64,000 nucleotides of DNA from Sedimentisphaerales bacterium (lineage in GTDB: Bacteria > Planctomycetota > Phycisphaerae > Sedimentisphaerales > Anaerobacaceae). Location: contig OY970194.1 of the NCBI GenBank assembly GCA_963708075.1, positions 5,024,001 to 5,088,000 on the forward strand. The letters are read 5' to 3'. The notes under the pieces are model-generated. The model was not told where the DNA came from. It saw nothing but the letters and a program-made list of their open reading frames with translations, and did not search any database. Shown piece after piece: positions 62,138 to 64,000 of this stretch; within the stretch, counting starts at the first letter, position 1; every line of letters starts with the position of its first letter. A program made the translations under genes and the position numbers.

Positions 62138-63640
62138 TCAGCGATATCGCCTCGTGCGGCCTGTGGTCGATTGGCTGTCCTGTCCGGTTGTCCCGCGCGT
62201 GCCCCGCGTGCCGGTCGCCGGATACATGCCGGGCTGCGTGCCCATCCGTTCCTGGCGTTTCTGCTCGCGCTCGTCATCGAGCTTCCATTGTGCGGTGACC
62301 TTGTCCACGCGCAACTGGCGGGCGAGCATGAAGCCCCGGATCGCCGCCGCGGTCTTCTTCGCCGTCTCCTCCTCCGCGATTTCCCGCAGACCCTCCAGTT
62401 CGGCCAGGTCCAGCTTGTGCACGGCGTCGAGCAAACCATCCTTGCTCTCCGGCTTGCCGTTCACCCACGCCTGTACCTGCGCCTGCGTATCCCCGTCCAC
62501 CGGCGGTTTGTTTGGCTCCGCCCGTGCCGCATTTCTGGACATTCTACCGCCAGCACCTCCATATGGGTTGGTCCCGTTCTCCGTCGCCGCTCCGCCCGTC
62601 CTCCCGCGGGTCGTGCGTGCAGCGCCCCTTGTCCGCCCCATCCCCACGGTATCCGTATTCTGCTCCATCGCAGTCCGCCGTTCCTCCAGCAGGGCCTGCG
62701 AGATCGCCACATTCCGCAGCTTGCGCTTGGCGAGGAGCTCATCGACGGCCGGAACCGTCTTCGCGGCCTTCTCCTCCGTTGCGACTTTCTTGATGAACCC
62801 GAGCTCCTCGGTGAACTGCTTGTCCACCAGCCGCACCAGCGCCGCGCGGTTGTCCGTTCTCCGCTGGATCCATCCCTTTTGCTCGACATCATTCTTGTCG
62901 TCGATCGCCTTGATCGCCACGGCCAGCCCCGCGAATCCCTTCACTTCCTCCCGGATTGCGTTCGGGTCGATCGTCACTTCCCGGGTCGTCGCGGGCCTCG
63001 TGACGCCCTGCCCTGCATTCATCGCCTGCTGATCGCCCGCCCCGTCGCCGTAGAGCATGTCCGGCCGCAGGACCACCGGCTCCTTGGCGCCATTCTGGAC
63101 CAATAACTCCGAGATGTCGGCCCGATTGCTCCTGCGAGCGAGCATCAGCGGCGTCTGGTTCAGCCGGTCCTCCGCGTTGACGTCCGCCCCCGCCTTAATC
63201 AGGACCTCGACAACCTCCTTCTGGCCCATGGCCGCTGCCACGTGCATCGCGGTCGTCTTCGACTCATCCTTGACCTTGGCATCGGCCCCGGCGGCCAGGA
63301 GTGCGTCGACGACTTCCTTGTAGCCGCCTTGTGCCGCGCCGATGATGGCGGTCCTGCCGTCGGGGGCCTTGGCATTGGCCTGGGCGCCCGCCTCGATCAG
63401 GAGCTTCACGGCGTCGAGCGCGCCACTGTTGGCGGCATAGATCAGCGGCGGATAGCCGCGCTCGTCCGCCTTATTCACATTCGTCTTCCTCGCGATGTGC
63501 AGCTTGAGCTGTTCGATGTCCGGCTCCCCCGCGGCCGCGTACAGGGATTTGGTGGGCAGCGCGGCATCTTGTGCGAGGACCGGCCCGGCGCCGGCGACGA
63601 ATAACGATACGCTGAGTATGGTGACGATTGCGCTTTTCAC
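62138..63640 (-). CDS. Secreted ankyrin repeat protein with a helical C-terminal region
   Basis: Signal peptide and ankyrin repeats (GYPPLIYAA, GRTAIIGAA, TTAMHVAA, QTPLMLA). Confidence 0.85.
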   Translation of the reverse strand: MKSAIVTILSVSLFVAGAGPVLAQDAALPTKSLYAAAGEPDIEQLKLHIARKTNVNKADERGYPPLIYAANSGALDAVKLLIEAGAQANAKAPDGRTAIIGAAQGGYKEVVDALLAAGADAKVKDESKTTAMHVAAAMGQKEVVEVLIKAGADVNAEDRLNQTPLMLARRSNRADISELLVQNGAKEPVVLRPDMLYGDGAGDQQAMNAGQGVTRPATTREVTIDPNAIREEVKGFAGLAVAIKAIDDKNDVEQKGWIQRRTDNRAALVRLVDKQFTEELGFIKKVATEEKAAKTVPAVDELLAKRKLRNVAISQALLEERRTAMEQNTDTVGMGRTRGAARTTRGRTGGAATENGTNPYGGAGGRMSRNAARAEPNKPPVDGDTQAQVQAWVNGKPESKDGLLDAVHKLDLAELEGLREIAEEETAKKTAAAIRGFMLARQLRVDKVTAQWKLDDEREQKRQERMGTQPGMYPATGTRGTRGTTGQDSQSTTGRTRRYR

Positions 63641-63775
63641 AAAACACCCTTTTCAATGCGGTTGTCCGTACTTGCACGGGCCGCGCCTACGCGGCAGCCC
63701 CGGCCCATCCCCCGTATTATACCCGATTGACGCCGCAAGTGAAGGCAAGCGCACGCCGCGAATCGCACCGTTCGC

Positions 63776-64000
63776 TCACAGGCCCTCACCGCAGGCCAGG
63801 CCCAAGGCTTCCGTGATGCGGTCGAATTCATCGAGCGAATCGAATTCGATGACGATTTTCCCTCTCTGTCCGTTCCTGCGCGCGTCGATCTGCACGCGCG
63901 TGCCGAGGTGCCGGCAGAGTTTGTCCTCTAGATCCACGATATGGGCAGCCTTTGTTCGGGCCTTTGCCTGGCCGTTCCCGTCCTCACTGAGGTACTTCCG
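63776..64000 (-). CDS. parB: ParB/Spo0J C-terminal dimerisation domain (5' part outside the window)
   Basis: Manual translation: ...AHIVDLEDKLCRHLGTRVQIDARRNGQRGKIVIEFDSLDEFDRITEALGLACGEGL*. Confidence 0.8.
   Translation of the reverse strand, partial: RKYLSEDGNGQAKARTKAAHIVDLEDKLCRHLGTRVQIDARRNGQRGKIVIEFDSLDEFDRITEALGLACGEGL

Overview
GC-rich bacterial chromosomal segment, probably from a Planctomycetota (Phycisphaerae/Sedimentisphaerales-like) genome. The taxon is inferred from gene repertoire and style only. About ten genes carry single-base frameshifts, which points to an unpolished long-read assembly. Left third (1-19.9 kb): a minus-strand surface-polysaccharide cluster with three GT4s, wecB, a Wzy/WaaL-like protein, a FrhB-like Fe-S protein plus pyruvyl-transferase pair, Wzx, a methyltransferase, DUF2723, fkp and an NDP-sugar epimerase. 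Middle and right: carbohydrate-active and housekeeping genes (dgkA, esterases, tandem PTPS/QueD, NfeD-flotillin, GH29, MoxR-DUF58-transglutaminase, ribH-nusB-parA, stand-alone E2, DUF362, sulfatase, VIT1, ankyrin protein, 3' end of parB). Best candidates for undescribed biology: (1) a three-gene secreted operon at 36.7-40.1 kb with two paralogues built from about eight ~22-aa Q-x7-Q units (candidate functional-amyloid/fibre system), behind a long structured GGA-rich leader and just upstream of a transglutaminase module; (2) a ParA ATPase fused to an AMPK-type glycogen-binding domain (candidate glycogen-granule positioning protein); (3) a candidate GGA-loop small RNA at 58.4-58.6 kb; (4) many palindromic intergenic repeats sharing GGGTG(G/C)CA ends. 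No rRNA, tRNA, CRISPR array or transposase was recognised.
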